Below, piece by piece: positions 49,864-58,179 of a stretch of 64,000 nucleotides of DNA (position 1 is the stretch's first letter; every line of letters begins with the position of its first letter). Where the stretch lies: IMG/VR virus record IMGVR_UViG_3300043256_000236, positions 1-64,000 of that record; one strand, written 5' to 3'. This DNA is from an uncultured virus (IMG/VR IMGVR_UViG_3300043256_000236). Its lineage: Duplodnaviria > Heunggongvirae > Uroviricota > Caudoviricetes. A program made the translations under genes and the position numbers. The notes below the pieces were generated by a model that searched no databases, was not told where the DNA came from, and saw only the letters and a program-made list of their open reading frames with translations.

Positions 49864-50015
49864 GGCGACGGTTTTTGTGTTTATTTTGTTGGGGCAGCAC
49901 ACGACAGGTAGTCGGCTGAGGCGGGGTGTCCCTAAAACCGCCAAGTCCAGATATTATGGACCTATGGACTAAAGTCACAGACAGGGGGCCGCTGGTCGAA
50001 TCCAGCCCGTCGCTA
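49864..50015 (+). ncRNA. tRNA-like RNA (acceptor stem and T-arm) with a pseudoknotted insert
   Basis: GGCGACGG/CCGTCGCT-A, GCTGG-TCGAAT-CCAGC, internal GGGGCA/TGTCCC and GGCGG/CCGCC. Confidence 0.55.
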
Positions 50016-50043
50016 TTGTATTGGCAACTAAAAGGAGAAAGAT

Positions 50044-50349
50044 ATGTTAAGGTTAGTGTTTGGAAAGCAAAATATCGCCATTAAGTTTTATCATAAAAAA
50101 TTAGAGGCTAAAGAGATACTGGATATGCATGGTGCGCGAGTAGATGGACCTCGTAGATGTACTATGGCTAGAATAAGCTTTGATGGAGAAAAGGCAGATG
50201 ATACATACGGACTATCTGTGTGTAATCCAGTGGATAATTTTAATAGATCTATTGGACGTGAAAAGTCGCTAGCAGATTGTCTGAGGAGATTCGACAAAAG
50301 GCTAAGGAGTAAAGTCTGGCAAGAATATGAAGTGCAATTTGGTTTTTAA
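50044..50349 (+). CDS. hypothetical phage protein
   Basis: AAGGAG RBS; CNPVDNFNRSIGR motif. Confidence 0.6.
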   Translation: MLRLVFGKQNIAIKFYHKKLEAKEILDMHGARVDGPRRCTMARISFDGEKADDTYGLSVCNPVDNFNRSIGREKSLADCLRRFDKRLRSKVWQEYEVQFGF

Positions 50350-50372
50350 GATGGTTATGTGTTATAATATGT

Positions 50373-50444
50373 GCCCGCTAAGCATAGATAGCGATGCGCG
50401 GGTTTTGTAAACCTGGGAGGTTAGTGCATGTCTAACAGTGGGCT
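50373..50444 (+). tRNA. tRNA-Thr (TGT), non-canonical D/T loops
   Basis: GCCCGCT/AGTGGGC, CGGGT-TTTGTAA-ACCTG, T-loop TGCATGT. Confidence 0.75.
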
Positions 50445-50513
50445 TTTTCTACACAATACTAGTTGGCAGTGTCCACAGGGCGTTAACAACGCCAATAAGA
50501 AAAGGAAAAATAA

Positions 50514-50751
50514 TGTGACTAGAAAAAATACAAAGCCAACACAACAAAGACAAACCATTGTCGAATCACCCAATGAGAAGATATTATCTTTTATCAATAG
50601 TCCCAATGTTTGGACGCCACAGAGAGAGAACGTTTGGTTAGAAGAGTTGTTTAAAATATCAGCTGTGGAGATTTATAGAAGGTACCCTCCGATGAAAAAG
50701 CCACCTAACGTTCGGAGTAGAGGAAAAAGTTCTGGATGGTTCGATAAGTAG
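50514..50751 (+). CDS. hypothetical protein (start approximate; the ORF track start overlaps the tRNA)
   Basis: AAGGA upstream of a GTG near 50515. Confidence 0.4.
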
Positions 50752-50825
50752 TGTTCGTCTTAGGTTTTCAGGAAAATAGGGGCTGTGCCCAATATCAAAA
50801 CTGTAAAAACGTGGAGGTGTGTTGA

Positions 50826-51047
50826 GTGAAATCGTATTGCAATGTTATAGCTGCTTTTTTGATTATAATTGGTCTATTGTTGTGTTCTGGATGCAGACTG
50901 TTGGAAACCGTAGCTAGCGATGTCGGTGGGTGGGATATGTCGGCTTGTGTGTCTAGTTTTGACACATGTTGGGAACTTTTCACAGACAACACAGACAAGT
51001 TCGAAGGAGGATTCGTTGATGCTATCGGTAGTATATCGCCAGAATAG
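50826..51047 (+). CDS. putative lipoprotein
   Basis: Hydrophobic N-terminus ending CSGC; GGAGG RBS. Confidence 0.55.
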   Translation: MKSYCNVIAAFLIIIGLLLCSGCRLLETVASDVGGWDMSACVSSFDTCWELFTDNTDKFEGGFVDAIGSISPE

Positions 51048-51134
51048 CCTCAGAACCTCCTGTGGTGCCCTCTACTGCACTTTGTCGTCTTGCATAGGGC
51101 TGAAGACCCGTAATGTCTCAGAAAGGATTGTCGT

Positions 51135-51509
51135 ATGATACAACACTTTAGAATCTGTAATTTGGACAAGAAAGAGTTCATAGACCCCGCTACGTTCAAC
51201 GAGCATGCTTCGGGAAGTCGTATTTCTGATTGTGGTACTGATTGGCATAATACTTTGAATTTTTTAACGACTCTATTGCACGATTGGAGACCAAAGGACC
51301 AAAAAGCGATTGCTGGTCATTGGGCTGGGGATAGGGTGGTAGTTGCCAATAGCTGGGGATCTCCAGAATCTGATGCTCCTATCAATCCAGATGTGAATGA
51401 CGAACACGCTACTGAACCAGAACATTATAACGCTTATGGATGGTCTAAGCTTCCTGGGTGGACTGAACTAACCGCTTCTGTATTGTTCGGTGGATTATGT
51501 CCGGAGTAG
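51135..51509 (+). CDS. conserved phage hypothetical protein
   Basis: NLDKKEFIDP...GHWAGDRVVV. Confidence 0.6.
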   Translation: MIQHFRICNLDKKEFIDPATFNEHASGSRISDCGTDWHNTLNFLTTLLHDWRPKDQKAIAGHWAGDRVVVANSWGSPESDAPINPDVNDEHATEPEHYNAYGWSKLPGWTELTASVLFGGLCPE

Positions 51510-51596
51510 GTTTACTAAAAACAAAGGCTTGTCCACTGAGCCCGTCTGATAAATCAGTGGTTTTTTAGCTCGCCCACCATGTGTGGAAGGAGTAAC

Positions 51597-51636
51597 GGTG
51601 TCGTCATTATTGGCGACACTAGATTTTTTATTTTTT
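51597..51636 (+). terminator. terminator
   Basis: GGTGTCGTCA-TTAT-TGGCGACACT plus T-rich tail. Confidence 0.7.
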
Positions 51637-51638
51637 GT

Positions 51639-51667
51639 GCAACAAATACTGTTGTTCGGGGTATAAT
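51639..51667 (+). promoter_or_regulatory. Class-I promoter
   Basis: GCAACA-N15-GGTATAAT. Confidence 0.65.
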
Positions 51668-51673
51668 GATATT

Positions 51674-51815
51674 GTGATGAACATACATAGACAATATTTG
51701 GCCACCGGAGTATTCCACCATCTTAATCCATGCGCATTTGGTAGTGGTGCGGGCTAAGGTCTGTTTGTTATTTGATAGATCTTTTGGCCCGTGAGAAATA
51801 CTCACGGGGTTTTTT
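51674..51815 (+). promoter_or_regulatory. putative attenuator 1: 26-aa leader ORF (51677-51757), antiterminator (51749-51792), terminator (51788-51815)
   Basis: Mutually exclusive hairpins share CCCGT; leader stop lies in the antiterminator 5' arm. Confidence 0.65.
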
Positions 51816-51830
51816 ATTGGATATAGGACT

Positions 51831-52118
51831 ATGGCAAAAACTACTGTTGTTAATATTCGTACAAATAAATATGATGTGTATATCGGCAGGGCGGGATATG
51901 GTCATGATGGTTATTTTGGTAATCCTTTCTCGGTAATAAGAGATGGTGGTCGAGAAAACGCTGTTCGCTTGTATAAGGAATATTTTCTCAATCGTATAAA
52001 AATCGATCCAGAATTTGCTCTTAAGGTTCAAGAGTTGAAAGGAAAGAAGCTTGGGTGTTTTTGTGCTCCTGAGCGATGTCATGGTAATGTGATTATTGAA
52101 TATTTGGAGAAATTATGA
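51831..52118 (+). CDS. DUF4326 domain protein
   Basis: YDVYIGR, FGNPF, LKGKKLGCFCAP..CHG. Confidence 0.85.
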   Translation: MAKTTVVNIRTNKYDVYIGRAGYGHDGYFGNPFSVIRDGGRENAVRLYKEYFLNRIKIDPEFALKVQELKGKKLGCFCAPERCHGNVIIEYLEKL

Positions 52119-52462
52119 AAGTGTTAGTGTGTGGTAGTCGTTATTGGATCGATATAGAAATTATACTAAAACGACTAGATAAGCTTCCTTGTGATACAAT
52201 AATAGTAGAAGGAGGATGCTGTGGAGCTGACCTTCTGGCACGTAACGTAGCATTGGAGATCGGCTTAGAAGTGATTGAGTTTCCAGCATCTTGGAAAAAA
52301 CATGGTAAAGCTGCCGGTATAATACGAAATTTTAGAATGCTAGAGACAAAACCGGAATTAATTATTGCTTTCCATGATAATATGGCTAAGTCAAAAGGGA
52401 CAAAACATACAGTATCAGAAGCTCGTAAAGCTGGAATTGAAGTTGAGATAATTAGTCATTGA
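52115..52462 (+). CDS. SLOG-family (YspA/DUF2493-like) protein
   Basis: VLVCGSR, EGG..GAD.LA, W..HGKAAG..RN..ML, SKGT. Confidence 0.85.
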   Translation: MKVLVCGSRYWIDIEIILKRLDKLPCDTIIVEGGCCGADLLARNVALEIGLEVIEFPASWKKHGKAAGIIRNFRMLETKPELIIAFHDNMAKSKGTKHTVSEARKAGIEVEIISH

Positions 52463-52463
52463 A

Positions 52464-52539
52464 CGGAATGTAGCTCAGTCTGGTCCAGAGCACTGCGTTT
52501 GGGGCGCAGAAGTCGAGAGTTCGAATCTCTCCATTCCGA
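52464..52539 (+). tRNA. tRNA-Pro (TGG)
   Basis: CTGCG-TTTGGGG-CGCAG, canonical cloverleaf. Confidence 0.92.
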
Positions 52540-52543
52540 ATCT

Positions 52544-52616
52544 TGCGGGATAGCTCAATTGGTAGAGCTGGCGGCTGTTAACCGCTGTGTTGCAGGTTCA
52601 AGTCCTGCTCCCGCAG
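52544..52616 (+). tRNA. tRNA-Asn (GTT)
   Basis: GGCGG-CTGTTAA-CCGCT. Confidence 0.92.
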
Positions 52617-52629
52617 TTGGGGGTGCTGA

Positions 52630-52821
52630 ATGGAAATTATAGTTGTAGTTGGAATGATGCTTTGTTTTACATTTTTCGGAATGTGTGTAATACTGAAAGT
52701 CATTCATCAGCAATATTTGGATAGAAAACCAAGGCATGTGGATGCTGATATTACCATGGGCGACAAGGTTGCCAGAATGAGAAAGACGTATGGAGATATG
52801 CTAAAAAGGTTGTCTAAGTAG
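52630..52821 (+). CDS. small membrane protein
   Basis: N-terminal TM segment. Confidence 0.5.
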   Translation: MEIIVVVGMMLCFTFFGMCVILKVIHQQYLDRKPRHVDADITMGDKVARMRKTYGDMLKRLSK

Positions 52822-52842
52822 AAACAACCATAAGTAGTTGTC

Positions 52843-53397
52843 TTGGAGATTGGTATGTCATTTGGTCCATTCAGTATTCATCAAGCCACTGAGGAAGTCG
52901 TAGCAACAGGTTGTGATGTGTCTGAACTAGACGTGTTGGTTGTCAATGAAGATGATTGGCTTGAACTGATTAATGCAAGTCCCATGTTTCAAAATGGAAA
53001 TTCTGGTGATGGTGATATCAGGGTGTATGGTGTTAAAATTGTAACTAGTCGCCATACAGAACGAGGAACTATTCTAAAGGTATTTCATAACGATAATCAA
53101 ATGCTATCTAAAGAGTGGACTTACAAGCGCAGCCATATACCATATGTTCCTACAATGCCTGAAAATGATTATCTACTTGCAGACAAGGTCGTATCAAGTA
53201 TTGCTGATGCAGCTAATGGTATGAACAAGTTCAGTACTTCAACCAAACAAGCCGCCGATGCGATAAAAAAGTTCGAGTCTGCTACAGCTAATGCATTTGG
53301 CATAAATAACAATAATGAAACGACAGAACATACTCCTGATATAAAAAAAGAACAGGAACCAAGACATAGTGAGATACGAAAAGTGGAGCTAGGCTAA
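52843..53397 (+). CDS. hypothetical protein
   Basis: GGAG before ATG at about 52855. Confidence 0.55.
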   Translation: MEIGMSFGPFSIHQATEEVVATGCDVSELDVLVVNEDDWLELINASPMFQNGNSGDGDIRVYGVKIVTSRHTERGTILKVFHNDNQMLSKEWTYKRSHIPYVPTMPENDYLLADKVVSSIADAANGMNKFSTSTKQAADAIKKFESATANAFGINNNNETTEHTPDIKKEQEPRHSEIRKVELG

Positions 53398-53411
53398 AAG
53401 GGAGATACAAT

Positions 53412-53606
53412 ATGTTAGAACGTAGAAATCTTACACAAGAAGTTAATGGTAATCAGGCTAAGCTTGATGACTGCGATCATCCACACAACTTCGAACCGGT
53501 TAGACTTGAGGATGGATCTGCCAGCTTCTATCGGTGTTCAAGGTGCGGTGGTTTAGTTGACGCTTTTAGTGGATTAAGGTATACGCTCAGTGGTAGTTTT
53601 GAATAA
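53412..53606 (+). CDS. small Zn-binding protein
   Basis: C..PH.F...CSRCG; GGGAG RBS. Confidence 0.55.
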   Translation: MLERRNLTQEVNGNQAKLDDCDHPHNFEPVRLEDGSASFYRCSRCGGLVDAFSGLRYTLSGSFE

Positions 53607-53621
53607 GGATATAACAGTAAA

Positions 53622-53694
53622 GCCCCGGTATCCCAACGGCAGAGGAACGCGGTTTAGAACCGTGTTAGTGTAGGTTCAAATCCTACTCGGGGCA
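53622..53694 (+). tRNA. tRNA-Leu (TAG), short variable loop
   Basis: CGCGG-TTTAGAA-CCGTG; 5-nt variable region. Confidence 0.8.
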
Positions 53695-53698
53695 TTGT

Positions 53699-53771
53699 GG
53701 GCCGGTAACTCAGTGGACAGAGTGGGGATCTTCTACATCCTTAGTCGTAGGTTCGAATCCTACTCGGCCTA
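53699..53771 (+). tRNA. tRNA-Arg (TCT)
   Basis: GGGAT-CTTCTAC-ATCCT; A20 in the D loop. Confidence 0.88.
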
Positions 53772-53775
53772 GTCG

Positions 53776-53848
53776 GGGAATGTAGCTCAGTCGGTAGAGC
53801 AACGGCCTTTTAAGCCGTGGGTCCTGGGTTCGAGTCCCAGCGTTCCCA
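53776..53848 (+). tRNA. tRNA-Lys (TTT)
   Basis: ACGGC-CTTTTAA-GCCGT. Confidence 0.92.
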
Positions 53849-53862
53849 ATAGGAGTATGGAT

Positions 53863-54498
53863 ATGAAATTGATCGATTTGGTAGGGAAAAGATTCGGAAG
53901 ATTGGTTGTCCTGAAAAGAGTCGATGATGATAAAAATAAAAACAGGAGATGGTTATGTCTGTGTTACTGTGGTAAAAAGAAAATTGTTCATGGCAGCAGC
54001 CTTTATGCTGGCAGAACAAAAAGTTGTGGATGTTTACAGAAGGAAATAGTGAGAAAACTGTTCACTAAACATGGGCACAGTAAATGTGCAATCTACAACA
54101 TATGGGCAAGCATGAATCAGAGATGTATCAATCCAAACAACAAAGAATACCACAATTATGGTGGAAGAGGAATTAATGTCTGTAAACGATGGAGAAATTC
54201 GTTTCCTAATTTTTTAAAGGATATGGGAGAACGATCAAATAAAAAATACACACTTGAAAGAACTAATAACAATCGGGGATATTGTAAATCTAATTGTGAA
54301 TGGGCGACATCGAAACAGAATAGCAGGAATAGGCGAAACAACAGGCCATTAACCCATAACGGTAAGACACAACTTCTAATAGAATGGGCTGAAGAAACCG
54401 GGATCGATAGACAAACTATTGCTACAAGAATAGATAGATACGGGTGGTCTATAACAAAGGCTTTGACGACTCCTATCAGAAAGAAGAAAAATTTATGA
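53863..54498 (+). CDS. free-standing HNH-family homing endonuclease-like protein (paralog of 44285)
   Basis: DLVGKRFGRL, WLCLCYCG, SCGC, YGGRGINVC, TLERTNNNRGY...NCEWA. Confidence 0.8.
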   Translation: MKLIDLVGKRFGRLVVLKRVDDDKNKNRRWLCLCYCGKKKIVHGSSLYAGRTKSCGCLQKEIVRKLFTKHGHSKCAIYNIWASMNQRCINPNNKEYHNYGGRGINVCKRWRNSFPNFLKDMGERSNKKYTLERTNNNRGYCKSNCEWATSKQNSRNRRNNRPLTHNGKTQLLIEWAEETGIDRQTIATRIDRYGWSITKALTTPIRKKKNL

Positions 54499-55541
54499 TA
54501 TTCTCCGAAATAGAAAAACGAGATAAGCTAGTTGAAGAAAAATTACTTAGGTGTGATGACCAAGGTGACTTGCGAGTATATTCCTACACTAATTGGTGCA
54601 AAATATGGAATGATATTACCATGAATAGCAGAGGTATTATTTTTAATCGCAAAACCGGTGAAATAATTAGTAGGCCATTTCCTAAATTTTTCAATATGGA
54701 TCAGACAGCCGAGACTCAGGAGAGAAACCTTCCGTGGCAAGACGGATTTAGGATTTTCCAAAAATACGATGGATGGCTAGGAATATTATACAGGGATGGA
54801 GGACAATACAGAATAGCTACTAGGGGGTCGTTCCAAAGCACAGGGGCATTGTGGGCTACTGAATTCCTGAAAGAATATGACCTTACTGGATTGCCAGACG
54901 AGGTAACGTTGCTGTTCGAACTTATCTGTCCTGCGACCAAGATCGTCGTCGACTACCATAATAGGGAAGAATTAGTATTGTTGGCTGCTTACAATAGACA
55001 TACCGGTGAAGAGTATGGGTGGGAGCAAGTTGAAGCGTGGGGTGACAAGTTCGGATTTGGTGTAGCTGATTCTTATGATAGTAATCACCTTAAATATTGT
55101 CGTTTGCAAATCGAATCTACATCTGGTCTGGAACTTGAGGGTTTTGTCATTAGGTTTAATAATGGCTTGCGAGTAAAGATCAAGTCGGACGACTACTTCC
55201 GTAGAAGTAAAATGCGGAGCCATTTGACTTTGTTGACAATTTGGGAAAATATGGTGTGCGGAGAAGTTCCTCAAGAATTCTGGGACGCAATAGATGACGA
55301 TTATCATGATGCTTTGAGTAAGATAACAGTAGCGATGGAGTCTCGCTATTTCGAGATTCGACAAGAAATCAATCATCAGTTTGTAAGTATAGTTGACATT
55401 CAAGATCGTAAGGAATTTGCTATCGCAGCTCAAAAGTTGAGCCATACACCTGCGATGTTCGCTCGCCGAGACAAGCAAGAGAAGCGTGTTGACGATTACG
55501 TTATGAAATTTATTCGTCCACATAACAATATAATAGGGTAG
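54495..55541 (+). CDS. T4 Rnl1/RnlA-family RNA ligase
   Basis: RGIIF...SRPFPKFFN, motif I QKYDG, ATRGSF, TLLFE, EGFVI, RVKIKSDDY. Confidence 0.88.
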   Translation: MIFSEIEKRDKLVEEKLLRCDDQGDLRVYSYTNWCKIWNDITMNSRGIIFNRKTGEIISRPFPKFFNMDQTAETQERNLPWQDGFRIFQKYDGWLGILYRDGGQYRIATRGSFQSTGALWATEFLKEYDLTGLPDEVTLLFELICPATKIVVDYHNREELVLLAAYNRHTGEEYGWEQVEAWGDKFGFGVADSYDSNHLKYCRLQIESTSGLELEGFVIRFNNGLRVKIKSDDYFRRSKMRSHLTLLTIWENMVCGEVPQEFWDAIDDDYHDALSKITVAMESRYFEIRQEINHQFVSIVDIQDRKEFAIAAQKLSHTPAMFARRDKQEKRVDDYVMKFIRPHNNIIG

Positions 55542-55550
55542 TTTGATTTT

Positions 55551-55622
55551 GTCTCTGTAGTGTTAACGGCAGCACATTAGCCTTCCAAGCTAAAAGTCTC
55601 GGTCCGAATCCGAGTAGAGATA
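55551..55622 (+). tRNA. tRNA-Gly (TCC)
   Basis: TTAGC-CTTCCAA-GCTAA; T-loop TCCGAAT. Confidence 0.82.
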
Positions 55623-55625
55623 TTT

Positions 55626-55721
55626 GATAGTGCATGGCGATGAGTAGCTCTCGGGGTGTATGGTTCGAATCCATACGTATAAATTGGCACCTGAATCCGG
55701 TTCAAGTCCGGGTCGCTATCA
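55626..55721 (+). ncRNA. tRNA-like RNA with two T-arms and no anticodon arm
   Basis: GATAGTG/CGCTATC-A; GTATGG-TTCGAAT-CCATAC and CCGG-TTCAAGT-CCGG. Confidence 0.55.
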
Positions 55722-55725
55722 TTAA

Positions 55726-55797
55726 GGGTCTGTAGCTCAGTGGTAGAGCGCTGCCTTGAAGCGGCAGGCGTCGTTGGTTCGAATCCAACTGGACCCA
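55726..55797 (+). tRNA. tRNA-Phe (GAA)
   Basis: CTGCC-TTGAAGC-GGCAG. Confidence 0.85.
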
Positions 55798-55923
55798 TTG
55801 AACAGAAATACCGTCACAACTGAATAAGTGACGGTAAAAGTTCCAGTACACTTCGTAATAAGTGACTGTGTACAAACATCGGTACTTTGTGATATATGTC
55901 GACATTATTGTGTATAATGTATT

Positions 55924-56121
55924 GTGATGTCAGAATTTATTGAAATACATCGTGAAACAGGAATTCCATGTTTTGAGTGTGGTGAACGATCTGGTATGGA
56001 TTGTCCAGGTCGGAGACCAGATGAGGCCACACGTTGTACAGTCTGTCTGGAAAAATTCATGAAAATCGAGCAGCAACTACAATCATCCCATGATCAACGG
56101 TCTAAGGATCGTCTGGGGTAG
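55924..56121 (+). CDS. leaderless Cys-rich ORF with C-terminal Gln cluster (putative attenuator leader)
   Basis: Starts 6 nt after GTGTATAAT; CAG CAA CTA CAA...CAA near its end. Confidence 0.55.
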   Translation: MMSEFIEIHRETGIPCFECGERSGMDCPGRRPDEATRCTVCLEKFMKIEQQLQSSHDQRSKDRLG

Positions 56122-56178
56122 ACTGTGTAGACTGAGATACGCAGAACCGGATGGTCCAATGGACTGTCCGGTTTTTTT
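56106..56178 (+). promoter_or_regulatory. putative attenuator 2 (antiterminator/terminator)
   Basis: GGATCGTCTGG can pair with CCGGATGGTCC, the 5' arm of terminator CCGGATGGTCC-AAT-GGACTGTCCGG-T7. Confidence 0.65.
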
Positions 56179-56219
56179 GTGCGCATTGGAAGGTACTGAT
56201 CCTCTTCCTTCCGTTATTC

Positions 56220-56290
56220 GGCCCTGTGGTGTAATGGTACCCCGCCTGCCTTTGGAGCAGGAGAACTAAGTTCGATTCTTAGCCGGGCCG
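56220..56290 (+). tRNA. tRNA-Gln (TTG), somewhat divergent
   Basis: CCTGC-CTTTGGA-GCAGG, CTAAG-TTCGATT-CTTAG; weak D stem. Confidence 0.75.
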
Positions 56291-56397
56291 TTTTCCTTGC
56301 CTTTTGGTGTATAAAAATAAGGTAGATGAATCTGTATCGCCTTCAGTTTTTGTGAACTGGAATCTTTACAGCCTTATTTTAAGAAAGAGGTAAAGTT

Positions 56398-56949
56398 ATG
56401 AGTTTAGTAACAGACAATTGGGCGGCGAATCTTAATCCAGTACCGAAACCAGGTCAGATGTACAGGACACTCAGTGCTACAGCCGTATCAGGTTCAGCCG
56501 TAACAGATACAGAAGCGTTCTTCACTAAAAGTTGCCCTTTTCCAATCAAGATTGTTGGATTTGAAGTACAAGCTGTTTCGATGTCCGGTGGAGGATTCAG
56601 CGGTAGCGGTTCTGCTCTGACTGTCGCCCTACAGAGTTCCAATGAAGTTGATGTCTCTCCAGCAGCTCCCACTGCTGTTGTATGGGATACTGTGGTATCT
56701 GTTGACGCATCTGGTTCCGCGCAAAGTACTGATAAGCTAATGTTCTCTGCTCCTGGCAACGTCAGTGGCTTGTTAAATCCTGATATGGACCAGTCGTTTG
56801 TTGCTGTACCCAAGGGTGGTTCTTTGAGGGCAACTCTTTCCGCCCAAGCTGCCGATGCTCTAGGTGTCGCAGGTTCTACTCCAGTTGAACTTCTTGCTGT
56901 TGTAGATTTTGTACCAACAGATTTAAAAACACAACGATATAGTTGGTAG
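56398..56949 (+). CDS. putative virion structural protein
   Basis: Ser/Ala/Val-rich beta protein, late motif at 56307, own terminator. Confidence 0.55.
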   Translation: MSLVTDNWAANLNPVPKPGQMYRTLSATAVSGSAVTDTEAFFTKSCPFPIKIVGFEVQAVSMSGGGFSGSGSALTVALQSSNEVDVSPAAPTAVVWDTVVSVDASGSAQSTDKLMFSAPGNVSGLLNPDMDQSFVAVPKGGSLRATLSAQAADALGVAGSTPVELLAVVDFVPTDLKTQRYSW

Positions 56950-56972
56950 TCATTCATCACATAAATATTCAA

Positions 56973-57007
56973 AGGGCCTGGAGTGAAAAACTCTGGGCCT
57001 TTTTTTT
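56973..57007 (+). terminator. Rho-independent terminator
   Basis: AGGGCCTGGAGT-GAAAA-ACTCTGGGCCT plus Ts. Confidence 0.8.
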
Positions 57008-57094
57008 AATTGCACGTGGTGTATAACCTAGTAGGACAGGGCTCAGGCCTGGATAGACAGTACCATTGCAAAATTTGGGACTGGGAGAAATAAG

Positions 57095-58171
57095 ATGAAT
57101 ATGGCCGAAACAGAACGGTTAATAGATAAAATTAATTGGGGATATATCTCTGCGACCGTGAGAACCCAAGATAATTCAATTCTAATATTCACTCTACGTC
57201 CTCCCACACCAGAAGAACGAGGCAAATCAGCAATAACTTATGATAGAGAATACAAAAGATGTATTCACATGGGCTTATCTAATGAAGTGGATGCGATAAC
57301 AGATTTTATAATAACTGATCAATGGGATCCAGAGATAGACATCCAAATAGAAGGATTGCAAAAAGATATTCATAACATTCGCAAGGGTTTAATAGATTTT
57401 GTGTTTAATAGAACTAAACTAGAACAATCTCGCTCCCTTTTGCGTCGTGCAGAAAAAGCTCTCATGGATCGTCTAAGTAAAAGACATGTTTTATTGCAGA
57501 ACACAGCAGAAGCTAGTGCTACAATTACACAACAAAGATACTTAATAAGCGTAGTGACACAGACTAAAACTGGTGAACCTTTTTGGGCAACTGAAAAAGA
57601 TTTCGAAAAATTTGACGACATAGGAATTGTTGTGCAATTGTGTGAATTATTTTTTACACAATCTAAATTACCTACAGCATTAATACGTGAATTAGCAAGA
57701 TCGCAACAATGGAGAGTATACTGGGAAGTGGCGAAACATACAAGTGATTTATTTGAGAGTAGTATTACTTCGTGGTCTAATAATCAGAGAGAATTAGCTT
57801 ATTGGTCTTCTATATACGACTCAGTTTATGAAGCATATGAGAGACCAGCTAAAGATATTATTATAGATGATGATTTACTCGATTCTTGGTTCATAAAACA
57901 AGGTGAGAAAGTAGCGAACAACAAGAATAATGAGACAGTACCTATCAAACCTGGAAGTAATGAAGTTTTTGTGATGGCTGATGCGGAAGGGGCTAAACGT
58001 GTTTATGATATGAATGATCCTACATCTAGAACTAAACTAAGGGCTCGTCAAAGATTTTTACAGAAACACGGTGATACAAAAGAACAAAATTTGCCAGACA
58101 GTAAAAGGGAGATTAAACAACAAATTATGAAAGCTAGATCCCAAAAGGCAAAAGATATTAGTAGAAGATAG
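57095..58171 (+). CDS. putative tail assembly chaperone-region protein
   Basis: YE...ERP..DII.DDD.LDSW motif; upstream of tape measure. Confidence 0.5.
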   Translation: MNMAETERLIDKINWGYISATVRTQDNSILIFTLRPPTPEERGKSAITYDREYKRCIHMGLSNEVDAITDFIITDQWDPEIDIQIEGLQKDIHNIRKGLIDFVFNRTKLEQSRSLLRRAEKALMDRLSKRHVLLQNTAEASATITQQRYLISVVTQTKTGEPFWATEKDFEKFDDIGIVVQLCELFFTQSKLPTALIRELARSQQWRVYWEVAKHTSDLFESSITSWSNNQRELAYWSSIYDSVYEAYERPAKDIIIDDDLLDSWFIKQGEKVANNKNNETVPIKPGSNEVFVMADAEGAKRVYDMNDPTSRTKLRARQRFLQKHGDTKEQNLPDSKREIKQQIMKARSQKAKDISRR

Positions 58172-58179
58172 GGGGTAAA

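Noticed and set aside
51530..51566. Hammerhead-like or riboswitch motif (CTGA...)
   Set aside because: The conserved CUGAUGA/GAAA core is missing; it is more likely a weak terminator hairpin.
53699..53771. Amber suppressor tRNA (CTA appears in the loop)
   Set aside because: The 7-nt loop CTTCTAC centres on TCT (Arg); TAG terminates many genes, including terL and the capsid gene.
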